Made by a program: the position numbers and the translations under genes
Notes under the pieces: generated by a model
Told to the model about the DNA's origin: nothing
Databases searched by the model: none
The model's input: only the letters and a program-made list of their open reading frames with translations
NCBI GenBank assembly: GCA_050290185.1
Contig: JBNKHE010000004.1
Span: 32,001 to 96,000 of the forward strand
Source of the DNA: Pontiella sp.
GTDB taxonomy: Bacteria > Verrucomicrobiota > Kiritimatiellia > Kiritimatiellales > Pontiellaceae
Direction of reading: 5' to 3'
Length of the DNA stretch: 64,000 nucleotides
Shown here: piece by piece, positions 26,076 through 35,999 of the stretch
How positions within the stretch are numbered: the stretch's first letter is position 1
How the letters are laid out: each line of letters opens with the position of its first letter

Positions 26076-28142
26076 TTAATTGCCCTCGATTTTGAAGAAT
26101 GCCTGGCTTGATCCCGCAGGTACCGTCGCCATGGAGGACGCGCCCGCCCCCGGGACATTGGTCACCGCAGTCCATGTGCCGCCGGAAAGATTCGGCTTGC
26201 CCAGAATGCTGTAGTTCACGCCGAGTTCGGATTCCCACGTCAATGTGGCCGAACCGCCTGCAACGGCGAACGATATGATATTGGGAGTAACCACCGAGCC
26301 CGTCGCACGAAGGACATAGGCGTTGATACCGACCGGAAAGTTCGCTCCGCCGGACGTGTTTTGGATGTAGACATCCTGATAGCCTTTACTGCCGGCGGTG
26401 AATGTTCCGACGATGTACGTGCTGTTCTCCGCCGCCACGGCATCGCTGGGAATATACCCCACCGTATTGTCATGATAGACTTGGCTGCGGCCGGCGCTCG
26501 CGGGACGGTCATCGGAATAGAAGATCTGGATCTGGTATTGCCGACCTTCTTCCAGCGGCGCACCGTCAACTCCGGTAAATCGAAGAACCATGTCCGAGGC
26601 ACCGGGAGCCGGGCCGGGATCTCCGTCTTCCCAGGCAGAGCCGTCCAGCACCGCCTCGAACGCGGCGGAGACCGTGGCGCTCGAAGAGTCGAACAACCCG
26701 GCATTGACCTGCCGTCCGCCGGATCCGGCAATCACCCGGGCCTCTTCGCCCGCCAAAAGATCCCCCATGGCATCCTGCGACTGGCGGTTCTCGAATACGA
26801 TGACTTCGGCTCCGTTGGTCACGGAGATAGTCGCGTTGTCGGACCGGAAGTTTCCGGCGTGAAGAAGCGATCCCGACTGCAGAATATCCGCATCGTTCGT
26901 AACGCTTACCGGAGTCGACCACGTGATTTGAACCTGCGAATAGGGATCGTTCGGGTCGGTCGGGTCCGTGTCGTTCAGGAACTCGTCGATATCGAGGACG
27001 GTGTCGTTATCAAAATCCTCCGATCCGCTGCCTGCGGTGAAGGTAATGTTGGTGAAGAAATGGATCTCCCAGGCATCGACGATGCTGTCTGAATCGGCAT
27101 CCGGCCCCAACAGGCGATCGGTTGGATCCGTATCTGCGGTTTCTTCTTCCTCGTTGGTGGCATAGTCGCCATCATAGTCGCCGTCTCCGGTTTGGACGAG
27201 ATTACCGAAGTGGTTTGTTTCCCAGCTGTCCAGCAGACCGTCTGCATCCGTATCAATCGGAGTCGAAAGGTTGTTCGTCGGATTCGATCCTCCATTGAAT
27301 TCCGCCAGGTTGTCGTAGGTATCGTTGTCCGGATCGCCTGAAGCCCCGTTGTCGGGATTAATCGTCCCGTTGTCGTTGTCATCCAGTCCATACTGCAACT
27401 CCCAAGCTCCCGGCAACCCATCGCCGTCATTGTCCGCTGCGGAACCAATCCTGAAAAGGGCATAGGCGGCCAGGGTGGTGTCGTCGTTGCCGATTCCGTC
27501 GGTTTCCTTGATGAAGATGTCCTGATAGGTGGCATCCGCCGTAAAGGTCCCGATCACCATGATCGCATTGGTTGTACTGAATGAATCCGAGATTCCATTG
27601 GTGAAGGTTCCACCTGAAAAACCGCCCGAATACGCCTGGGCACGGGTTTGCGAATCGCCACTTCTCTGGTCGACCGCAAACAACGAAATCGAATAGGGCT
27701 GCCCGATGGTGAGATTGGCGACACGAAGCGTCAGGGGGCGAGTTGCATCGCTCGGGTTGTTATGCCACGCGTTTCCGCGCAAGGTGTCGCCCCACTCCAC
27801 GGCATCCGTTGCGTTTGTAAAGATGCTGGCGTTCCACTGGGAACCGCCGTTATAGAATCCGCTCGTGGAACTTGCGGCTGTAGGCATATCCAGATCGCCA
27901 AGGGACGAGGGCATCGCTGCGAACGTGATGTTGCTGCCACCCGCCGTGGTAAACGTTTTCGCAGAGCCGTCTCCTACGTTCCCGGCCTCAACGAAGATGG
28001 CCGTCGGGGTGTTGAATTGAATATCCAGCACCGAGGTGTTTGTCGCCACAACCGGCGTATCAAACGTTACCGTTGCTGCCTGGAGCGACACCGATAGCAT
28101 TACCGGTGCTGCCAGCCATATGGTTTTCCAGCATCTTTTCAT
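26076..28142 (-). CDS. Secreted protein with two related uncharacterised domains and TSP3-like Asp-rich repeats
   Basis: Signal peptide; N-domain highly similar to the PEP-CTERM protein 24823-25590; DNDGDGLP/DTDADGLLD/DADSDSIVD repeats; second domain shared with GH29 21256-24678; ends AFFKIEGN. Confidence 0.82.
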   Translation of the reverse strand: MKRCWKTIWLAAPVMLSVSLQAATVTFDTPVVATNTSVLDIQFNTPTAIFVEAGNVGDGSAKTFTTAGGSNITFAAMPSSLGDLDMPTAASSTSGFYNGGSQWNASIFTNATDAVEWGDTLRGNAWHNNPSDATRPLTLRVANLTIGQPYSISLFAVDQRSGDSQTRAQAYSGGFSGGTFTNGISDSFSTTNAIMVIGTFTADATYQDIFIKETDGIGNDDTTLAAYALFRIGSAADNDGDGLPGAWELQYGLDDNDNGTINPDNGASGDPDNDTYDNLAEFNGGSNPTNNLSTPIDTDADGLLDSWETNHFGNLVQTGDGDYDGDYATNEEEETADTDPTDRLLGPDADSDSIVDAWEIHFFTNITFTAGSGSEDFDNDTVLDIDEFLNDTDPTDPNDPYSQVQITWSTPVSVTNDADILQSGSLLHAGNFRSDNATISVTNGAEVIVFENRQSQDAMGDLLAGEEARVIAGSGGRQVNAGLFDSSSATVSAAFEAVLDGSAWEDGDPGPAPGASDMVLRFTGVDGAPLEEGRQYQIQIFYSDDRPASAGRSQVYHDNTVGYIPSDAVAAENSTYIVGTFTAGSKGYQDVYIQNTSGGANFPVGINAYVLRATGSVVTPNIISFAVAGGSATLTWESELGVNYSILGKPNLSGGTWTAVTNVPGAGASSMATVPAGSSQAFFKIEGN

Positions 28143-28194
28143 TCCACTCTCTCCTCTTCAGCATTCGATTATTTCGACTCGCCCGCCCATCGGG

Positions 28195-28525
28195 AAAGAC
28201 CGATTCTGTTTGGTAAAACCAACCCCAATGCCACACAGCAAAACCCCACACCACCCCGATGCGAACATGAACACGTGAATACCTGGAAACTTCTCCCTCT
28301 ATTAACGCAAACGGAAACCGGCCCGTTGTTCCGACAGATATTTCTAAAAAAATGACACGGGATTTTCGCGCGAGGTCCAGAAGGAAGAAAAAATGCCCCG
28401 CAATACAAGCGGAACGACGGTGATAGAGCTACGCATCCGTTGCTACTTCCGTTTCTACAGGTATTTAGGAAATAGATGCAGCATTTCCAAAAGCGACGAC
28501 CCGACCGAAGGATAAATTCAGGCGG
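28195..28525 (-). promoter_or_regulatory. Duplicated upstream block B with putative ECF promoter
   Basis: Collinear with ~32840-33170; TGTCGG at 28336-28331 followed by CCGTTTGCGTT. Confidence 0.65.
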
Positions 28526-28870
28526 CTATTCCTGAATCAGGGATGTGGCTTCATTGAGCAAAAGGTAGACCAGAACCCAATCGATCCAGACTCCCGCTGC
28601 GTAGTTCGAAACCTCGATTTGCCCCAATCCATCTAGAAACTGGGCTTTGACCAACGCCCGGCCTTGGGACAAATGGGCTTGGGCTTCGGCAGGTTGATCA
28701 AGCTGGGCGCAAGCCATCGCGAGCATGATATGGCTTATCGCAATCCGAGTTCGGGAAGACTCCAAATAATTCAGGCTTTTCCGAGCCCAGACTTCCGCAT
28801 CACGGAAATCGCCCCGCCTATATTCGTAGCTGGGCAAGGACAACATCCACCAGGAGGTGCCGACCTCCAT
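28526..28870 (-). pseudogene. 3' stub of a duplicated Ser/Thr kinase gene
   Basis: WWMLSLPSYEYRRGDF...SSRTRIAISH.MLAMACAQL...YLLLNEATSLIQE nearly matches the C-terminus of 33171-35384; kinase domain absent. Confidence 0.9.
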
Positions 28871-28902
28871 GGGGATGTGTCCTCAATCACAAATCATTCC
28901 AA

Positions 28903-31900
28903 TCAGGGTCCGGCCGGGCGCGACACCTGCAGCCGCATAAAGCCGGATGTGCTCGTCGACAGGGAGTTGGTATCCTCAACCGTAACCGATCCCGGAATGT
29001 TTTCCGCACCGGTACTGCTCCAGATCCGGCTCCATGTGTTTGTCAGGTCGGAGGTGCAATCGACCCCATAGAACAGGGAAGGATCGCCAATTCGATCAAA
29101 GGTGATGGTGAATTTCAGTGCATTCGAACTGGTACCTGTGGCACAGAACGGAAGGGAGTCGGCATTTAGCGGATCCCGGCCCGTCGCGTATTCCAAAAGG
29201 TTATCGCCACCGTCATGATCGGGATCGGCGGAATCGGCGGCGGAATCCACCGCCTGCGAGGTTCCGAAATTCGCCAGTCGCCAGACTTCGATCAGCGTAT
29301 GGGCCGTGGCGCTTGCGATGGCGGAGTCGCGGCTGTTTCCATAGGTATTCACCGCACGAACGGTGTAGAAGGAAGTTTCCCCGGGAGCGGCGTTGGTATC
29401 GGTATATCCGGAACCGCTGATTCCTGATGCGACAAGACTGAATATCCCGGTGACGGAATCCGACCGCCAGATCTCATAGGTGTCGGCCGATTGGACCGCA
29501 GTCCAGTTCAACTGTATGCCGCCGCCGGCAGCCGCAGTCGCGGAAAGGTCGACCGGCGTAAGCGAAGCAGCCGAAACCACAACATTGCTGAAGACCGCAT
29601 CGCAGAGGCTGCCGTCGTCATGGCTCGACACGGCCAAACCTACAAAGACCCCGGCCGACATGGGGATCTCGACACTGCCGAATGCAGTCCACGGTCCGGC
29701 GGCGGAATCCCCATAGTAGGAGGTAAAGGTGTTGCCCGATCGGTTCAGGCGCAACCAGCGCGGTGTCGCGGCACCGCCGGCAGTCCCGTCATAGTTCGTG
29801 CTCACACTTCCTGTCGCCGTCCGGGATTGCATCAGATTCACGCCGTTCGTCGTCATGAGATTCATCGCGAAACTGCTGTTGGGATTAATCCCTTCTCGAA
29901 TCATGAGGCCCGCCTTGGCAGCGCTATTGGTGGGGTTCATGCCGACCAGTTGTGCAACAATATCGCAATCGCCGAACACGCCCTGCCAAGCGAAACGGAA
30001 CGCATCGCTGGATTCTTCGATACCAGTCCCGGATCCGCCAAGCGTGATGGTATCGACCGAATTGGAAAAACTTCCTGGTATGGCGACATCGCCGATGTCT
30101 TCGCTTTGCCATCCCGAAAGGTAGGCGGACGACAGCGGCTGCAGGATGCCCGCGAATCCCCCGGTCGCGTTCATCGGCACGGTATACACATCGTCGGCTC
30201 TCACGAGGCGGGTTCCGACGAGAAGATCGGTGGCCGCCGCTCCCGGTAGCGGACTGTCGGCATACTCGAGCAACGCCCACTCGCCGCTTCCAAGAAAATC
30301 AAAGGGCAGGTCCAGACTTCCCTCCACCGACTTTCCGATCACCCCTACCCTCCAGGAATTTCCGGATCTTCTCGCAACGGCTACGTTGCCTTCGAACGAA
30401 GCCGAAAGCACGGCGGAATCGTCCCAGACCGTCGGGAACGAACGATAGAAATCAAGGCCGGGTTGTCCGTAATAATTCCCAGGGCTGTCGCAAAAGACTG
30501 TGAGCGGACTGGGGTAAACCACGGGCAAGGCCAGCTCTCTTGCACGGGTATTCATCACCTGCGCCGGCCAGGTCGCGGAAAAGTCCGCGGGATGGCGGTT
30601 CAAAAAGCCGCCTGGCGTGTAATCCATCGGCCCGAGGGTTGCCCGGGTCAATGCCAGACTGGCCTGATGGTCGGACGTGATCGATCCATCAAGCTTGTTG
30701 TACTCGTTGCCGCGGATCCCTTCCTGCGTGATGAAGTTCGGCCACGTGCGGGCCAGACCGGTGGGATGGTAGACCCCGTGGCAGTCGACCAGCAGCTGGC
30801 GCGCCGCCGCCTCTTCCACCAGCGTATTTACATATTGGACGGTCTCCTGGGACTGGCTATCGAAGAAGTCCACTTTGACGCCTGCAAAGCCGTAGTTCTG
30901 GATGAGGTCGAGCGTGCTTACGACACCACGGTTTTTGACATCGGTGGAGTGCAGCCAGATAATAAGCTTCACGCCCTTGGAGTTGGCATAGGAAATCAGT
31001 TCAGGAATGTCGACGAAAGGCGAGACCTGGTCAAAGTCCCCATTCAAATACCAGTCCCAATCCATCACCTGATACTTCCAGCCCATCTCCGCTGCCAAAT
31101 CGATATAATCCTTGTGTGACTGAGTAGTGCCCCGGGCCTGAGTCCCGGTGTAGGTCGGATCGTAAGGATTCACGCCGGTCCACCAGACATCCCACGCCGA
31201 AGCACCGGGCTCGATCCACGAGGTATCCGCGATCTCCGAAGGCGCGGCCAGCGTTGCCACGAGATCGTTTTCCATCAGATCCGCCGGCTTCCGTGCCAGC
31301 ATAAGCACGCGCCAGGGGCTGTTGCGCGGCGCCGTCGACACCACCTGGCCGTTGCCATCGGAGCGTTTCGACACATTCGCCTGAGCCCACGTGCTGCCGC
31401 TTCCCTGAAGGCACATGCCGCTCCAGTCCCGCAGGTCCGATTCGGTCACGGAAACAATCGCGTTGGACGGCCCCGCTTCGACGAGAAGAGGCACCACCCC
31501 ATTGTAGCCCGATGGCAGATCGCTCAGCACCTGCGGGTTGTAGACACTTTCATCGGTGATGTGGGGGCTGCCAATCCGGCAGTCCCAATCGGAAGCGAAA
31601 TGGAACTGGGAGAGTTCGTTGACGACCGTGAAGGTCCCCATTCCGGACGCTTCCGGAATCTCGTAGCGGAAGGCCACCCCGTTGTTGTAGGCGCGAACAT
31701 AGAGTCCGAAGGTTTTCCCATCGAACGACGAGAGAACAAAGTGCCCCTCGGTACATCCTCCCGACACCTCGCGGCGCGGCCCAAAGAGATTCTCCCACGA
31801 GTCGTCGATGTTGGTGTACGTTGCATCCATGATGGTCGTTCCCGGCCCGAGCAGCGTCCCGTTGCCGAATGCGAGTCCCAGCGCCGAACGTGCAACCACC

Positions 31901-32745
31901 GTATTCCCATCCATGGCCACTTCATACGAGAGCCTACCCTCGTCCGACAGGGTGACGGCCACCTGTCCATCGGGTGAGGTCAGATACCCGGTCGTGCCCG
32001 TTCCGCCGGAGGAGTTCTGGATAATCTGAATCCCGCCCAACGGCGCCCGGTTGATCGAATCGCTTGAAACGCTTGCGGCGGCGGTCAGCGTAAAAGAGGC
32101 GCTCGTGAGGTTGGTGAACTCGACATAGTTCCCGGCTGGAATCTCGAGGGCGCCAGCCACATTCCCGTCCATGCCTCCGGTAGGCGCTGTAGTCGTCTGG
32201 GCCTTTTCATAGAGCCCGGAGAAAACGCTGTTGGCGGCGTCCCGCCCGTACAGGGTGACGCCGTTCAGGGTATAGGCCCCGACGCGCTGGTTTCCACCGT
32301 TCTCCCCGTCGTAGTAGGCAATCACCCGATATCCCGTCGTCAGAAAACTGGCTGGAATCCCGGAAACCGTGACGGTAGTCACGCTCGAATCCGAGGTATC
32401 CAGATATCCGTTCATCATGCGGGCATCGCCGGCAACGCCGTTCATTTTTGAATTGACGCTGGTGTCCCAAATCGCACTGCAGGACCACGTCACGGTCGCT
32501 CCGCTGGACGTTCCGTCGTCGAGATTGAGTGCCTGCGGGGAAGCCTGGCTATTCCCGGAAAACGAATTCCAGTTTACCTGAGGGACCATTCCCGCCACCT
32601 CGTCCACCGACATGGCGCTCGGGTCCGGATCCGAGCTGGTGTTCGATCCCGCCCCAAAATCGATACCGATCGATGCCGCATGCGCCGAAATCGAAACCAT
32701 CAGCAACGATGCTGCCATACCTACCGTTTTCCATGTTGCCTTCAT
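28903..32745 (-). CDS. Modular secreted glycoside hydrolase family 97
   Basis: LTSPDG, RAYNNGVAFRY, SPWRV, DTSWIEPG, YIDLAAEMG, GVKVDFF, PTGLARTWPN..TQEGIRGNE, GPMDYTPG, PTVWDD; extra N-domain, FN3 and C-terminal FMRL domain. Confidence 0.9.
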   Translation of the reverse strand: MKATWKTVGMAASLLMVSISAHAASIGIDFGAGSNTSSDPDPSAMSVDEVAGMVPQVNWNSFSGNSQASPQALNLDDGTSSGATVTWSCSAIWDTSVNSKMNGVAGDARMMNGYLDTSDSSVTTVTVSGIPASFLTTGYRVIAYYDGENGGNQRVGAYTLNGVTLYGRDAANSVFSGLYEKAQTTTAPTGGMDGNVAGALEIPAGNYVEFTNLTSASFTLTAAASVSSDSINRAPLGGIQIIQNSSGGTGTTGYLTSPDGQVAVTLSDEGRLSYEVAMDGNTVVARSALGLAFGNGTLLGPGTTIMDATYTNIDDSWENLFGPRREVSGGCTEGHFVLSSFDGKTFGLYVRAYNNGVAFRYEIPEASGMGTFTVVNELSQFHFASDWDCRIGSPHITDESVYNPQVLSDLPSGYNGVVPLLVEAGPSNAIVSVTESDLRDWSGMCLQGSGSTWAQANVSKRSDGNGQVVSTAPRNSPWRVLMLARKPADLMENDLVATLAAPSEIADTSWIEPGASAWDVWWTGVNPYDPTYTGTQARGTTQSHKDYIDLAAEMGWKYQVMDWDWYLNGDFDQVSPFVDIPELISYANSKGVKLIIWLHSTDVKNRGVVSTLDLIQNYGFAGVKVDFFDSQSQETVQYVNTLVEEAAARQLLVDCHGVYHPTGLARTWPNFITQEGIRGNEYNKLDGSITSDHQASLALTRATLGPMDYTPGGFLNRHPADFSATWPAQVMNTRARELALPVVYPSPLTVFCDSPGNYYGQPGLDFYRSFPTVWDDSAVLSASFEGNVAVARRSGNSWRVGVIGKSVEGSLDLPFDFLGSGEWALLEYADSPLPGAAATDLLVGTRLVRADDVYTVPMNATGGFAGILQPLSSAYLSGWQSEDIGDVAIPGSFSNSVDTITLGGSGTGIEESSDAFRFAWQGVFGDCDIVAQLVGMNPTNSAAKAGLMIREGINPNSSFAMNLMTTNGVNLMQSRTATGSVSTNYDGTAGGAATPRWLRLNRSGNTFTSYYGDSAAGPWTAFGSVEIPMSAGVFVGLAVSSHDDGSLCDAVFSNVVVSAASLTPVDLSATAAAGGGIQLNWTAVQSADTYEIWRSDSVTGIFSLVASGISGSGYTDTNAAPGETSFYTVRAVNTYGNSRDSAIASATAHTLIEVWRLANFGTSQAVDSAADSADPDHDGGDNLLEYATGRDPLNADSLPFCATGTSSNALKFTITFDRIGDPSLFYGVDCTSDLTNTWSRIWSSTGAENIPGSVTVEDTNSLSTSTSGFMRLQVSRPAGP

Positions 32746-32839
32746 CTCAACCTCTCCCGTTTCCTTCGATACACAGCTGCATCGCAAGCCCCTTTTCAAT
32801 CAAAATGCCAACCGAACAAGCCGGCTCCCGTCCAATCCA

Positions 32840-33170
32840 AATGATTCTATTCCTAATCGGCAAAACCAAATCCAATGCCATACAACAAAACCCCGCACCA
32901 CCCCGATGCGAACATGAGCGCCGGGATGCCCGAAAATTACTCCCTATGCTTACGCAAACGCAAACCGGCCCGTTGATCCGACAGATATTTAAAAAAAATG
33001 GCACAGGATTTTCGCGCGTGGTCCGGAAGGATGGAAAACGCCCCGCAATACAAGCGGAACGACGTTGACAGAGCCGCGCATCCGCTGCTACTGCCGTTTC
33101 GATAAGGGTTTGCGGAATGGATACAGCATTCCCAAAAGCATCGACTCGTCCGAAGGATACATTCCGGCGG
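32840..33170 (-). promoter_or_regulatory. Upstream block C (kinase-GH97 intergenic) with putative ECF promoter
   Basis: TGTCGG at 32983-32978 followed by GCGTTTGCGT; homologous to blocks A and B. Confidence 0.65.
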
Positions 33171-35384
33171 CTATTCCTGAATCAGGGATGTTGCCTCATT
33201 GAGCAAAAGATAGGCCAGAACCCAATCGTTCCATACTCCCGATGCGTTGTACGAAACCTCGATTTCCCCCAATCCATCAGGAAATCTGGCCCTGACCAAT
33301 GTCCGACCTTGGGCCAAATTGGCCCGGGCTTCTTCAAGTTGATGAAGCTGGGCGCAAGCCATGGCAAGCATGGTATGGCTCATCGCGATGCGCGTACGTG
33401 AAGAATCCTGATATGCAAGGCTTTTTCGGGCCCAGCCAGCAGCTTGATTGAAATCGCCCCGCCTATATTCGTAGCTGGCCAAGGCCAACGTCCACCATGC
33501 CGCATCGCCCCTCGATGGAGATTCATTCTCATGGATCGATTGCTTCAACAGGTCGGCCAACGGCTCCAGTGCCTCCAGATCCTGCTGATCGAGTGGTATG
33601 ATTGTGCTGCTTTTGACCACCTGTTCGGCAGCACGCGGATCCGAGGTTCCCGCGAAATGCGTGATATTGCGTTGAATAAACCGATGGTAGTTCTCGAAAT
33701 CTTTTGTTGCGATCAAAACCGGCGCGACCTTGAGCAAATCCCGCGTAGCATCTTCAGTCATATCCGACTTGTCTACCTGGATGGCCCGGGCGAGTTTTAA
33801 AAAGCGATCCTCCGCCTCCGGCCACCGGCCCTGCGTGACATTCCACTCCCCGAGTTGCCGGAACACATCCATTGCTTCCAGGGAAGGCTTGATCACCGGA
33901 ACTTCGCACTCCCCCACCAATTTATCGGCTTCGGCCGGCTGGTTGCGCCTCAATAAGACAGCCGCCTGCGTAATCTTTTCCCGAACCTCGGCTTCCGCCC
34001 TCAGGCGGGACTCGCTTTGACGGGCCTCGCGCTCCTTGACAAACAACCAGCTGGAGGTGCCGAATCCCGCAAACAGGGTCAAGCTGATCGCCGCTATGGA
34101 GGCAAAAACGCCCTTGTTCCGGCGCACCAGCTTCCGGAAACGGTACCGGCGGCTCGGCGGACGAGCCAGCACCGGTTCATGGTCCAGATATCGCTGGACA
34201 TCTTCGGCAAATCCGTCCGCCGTCCGGTAGCGACGATCCCGATCTTTCTCCAGGGCTTTCATCACGATCCAATCCAGATCGCCTTTCAACAAAGTGATCA
34301 ATCGTTGCGGCTCGACGTCGTGGCACCGTGCAATGTGCTCCAACTCCCCACTGGGCAATCCGGAGAGCTTTACCGACGGACGGGGCGGCTCGACTTCCCG
34401 CACGATCCGACGCATTTCACTCAATCCGGATTTGATCAATTCGCTTTGATCAAAGGGGGTCATACTGGTGAGAAGTTCGTAGAGAAGAACTCCAAGACTG
34501 TAGATATCGCTCCCGATATCGATATCCAACTCGGCCAAATCCGCCTGCTCGGGACTCATGTAGGCCGGAGTTCCGATGAACTGTTCACAGGCCGTGAAGA
34601 TCGTATCGTCCGACAACCGCTGTCCATCCGTCGCCTTCGCCACCCCGAAATCGATCACTCTGGGCTCCGGTACCCCATCCCGGTTTTCTATCAGAATGTT
34701 CGACGGCTTGATGTCGCGATGGATGATTCCCTTCCGATGGGCGTGCTGGATGGCATGGCATATTTGGACGAACAGTTCCAGCCGCTGGCTGATGTCCAGG
34801 CCGTGCTCATCGCAATAGGTGGTTACCTTGGTGCCGTGCACCAGCTCCATGACAAAGTAGGGCCGCCCCTTCTCCGTCGTTCCGGCATTGAACACCTTCG
34901 CAATATGCGGGTGCTCCATCATCGCGAGTACCTGGCGTTCCGCCTCGAAGCGGGCTATCACGCTCTTGGTATCCATGCCCAGCTTGATGATCTTGAAGGC
35001 GACCTGCCGGCGGATCGGGGTACTCTGCTCGGCGAGATAGATGCTGCCACCGCCGCCCTCCCCGATTTTTTCGATCAACCTGTACGGACCGATTTGCTTG
35101 CCGATTTCCTCGTCGTCAGGAGGAACCATATCCTCCACCTGAAGAACCTCCGGATGTTCAGCAAGCGTCTGCGAAAACTCGTCCGCTGAAATCGAAGTCG
35201 GGCATCCCTCTTGAAAAAAACCCTCGCCGTCCGCCTGCACGGCCAGCAACTGTTGAACGGCGGCGCAGAGTCCATCGTCTCCCGCGCAGGCCTCCGTCAC
35301 AAAGGCATCGCGCTCTTCCCCGGGCTCGATTTCGCAGGCGGCACAAAAAATGTCCACCTCTCTGTCAGCCGCATCGTCCTTCAT
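33171..35384 (-). CDS. Membrane Ser/Thr protein kinase associated with ECF sigma factor
   Basis: IGEGGGG, VAFKIIK, HRDIKPSN, DFG, GTPAYMSPEQ, SDIYSLG; TM segment GVFASIAAISLTLFAGF; helical/TPR-like C-terminus. Confidence 0.95.
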   Translation of the reverse strand: MKDDAADREVDIFCAACEIEPGEERDAFVTEACAGDDGLCAAVQQLLAVQADGEGFFQEGCPTSISADEFSQTLAEHPEVLQVEDMVPPDDEEIGKQIGPYRLIEKIGEGGGGSIYLAEQSTPIRRQVAFKIIKLGMDTKSVIARFEAERQVLAMMEHPHIAKVFNAGTTEKGRPYFVMELVHGTKVTTYCDEHGLDISQRLELFVQICHAIQHAHRKGIIHRDIKPSNILIENRDGVPEPRVIDFGVAKATDGQRLSDDTIFTACEQFIGTPAYMSPEQADLAELDIDIGSDIYSLGVLLYELLTSMTPFDQSELIKSGLSEMRRIVREVEPPRPSVKLSGLPSGELEHIARCHDVEPQRLITLLKGDLDWIVMKALEKDRDRRYRTADGFAEDVQRYLDHEPVLARPPSRRYRFRKLVRRNKGVFASIAAISLTLFAGFGTSSWLFVKEREARQSESRLRAEAEVREKITQAAVLLRRNQPAEADKLVGECEVPVIKPSLEAMDVFRQLGEWNVTQGRWPEAEDRFLKLARAIQVDKSDMTEDATRDLLKVAPVLIATKDFENYHRFIQRNITHFAGTSDPRAAEQVVKSSTIIPLDQQDLEALEPLADLLKQSIHENESPSRGDAAWWTLALASYEYRRGDFNQAAGWARKSLAYQDSSRTRIAMSHTMLAMACAQLHQLEEARANLAQGRTLVRARFPDGLGEIEVSYNASGVWNDWVLAYLLLNEATSLIQE

Positions 35385-35441
35385 CCGGTTCCCATCCTTG
35401 ATTGGTCCTGCGTGGCGGAATCCCTACTCATTACCGCTTCA

Positions 35442-35999
35442 TTACATCTCGGCGCTAATGTGCTTAAACAACCATGATTTCGCATAAAGCCAGCGCCGGT
35501 CCACGGAACGCTCGCTGATGCCAAGCGCGTCCGAGACCTCCTTATTCGTCAAACCGCCAAAATATTTGAGCGTTACAATCTGCGCCTCTTGCGGGTGAAC
35601 CTTTTCAAAATGGTTGAGGGCATCGTCGACCTGAAGAATCTTCTCCTCGGGCTCGATCTCGGCCAAATCAAGCATATCAATATCGAGCCGTTTCCGGTCG
35701 CCGCCGCGTTTCAATGCATGTTTCTTCCTTGCATGCTCGACCAGAATGCAACGCATCGCCATCGAAGCCGCCGAATAGAAGCATGACCGGTTTTCCCAGT
35801 TCTGCGCCTTGGCATCAACCATCCGAAGCCACACTTCATGCACCAGCGCCGTCGGTTGCAGTGTGTGGTCGGCGGGCTGACGTGCCATCTGCATCCTGGC
35901 CAGTTTGTGCAATTCCGCGTACACCAAGGGGAACAACGCCTTGACCTTCTGGTTGTCGCCCTCTTCGCCGGATTGTAGGATTTCAGTAATATCGTCCAT
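35442..35999 (-). CDS. ECF sigma factor (TIGR02999-type, kinase-associated)
   Basis: LFPLVYAELHKLA...HTLQPTALVHE...MRCILVEHAR...KRGG...LKYFGGLT.KEV...LGISERSV.RRW. Confidence 0.93.
   Translation of the reverse strand: MDDITEILQSGEEGDNQKVKALFPLVYAELHKLARMQMARQPADHTLQPTALVHEVWLRMVDAKAQNWENRSCFYSAASMAMRCILVEHARKKHALKRGGDRKRLDIDMLDLAEIEPEEKILQVDDALNHFEKVHPQEAQIVTLKYFGGLTNKEVSDALGISERSVDRRWLYAKSWLFKHISAEM

Noticed and set aside
28216..32882. Sigma54 promoters TGGCAT-N5-TTGG in upstream blocks B and C
   Set aside because: The -12 element reads GG rather than the required GC in both copies.
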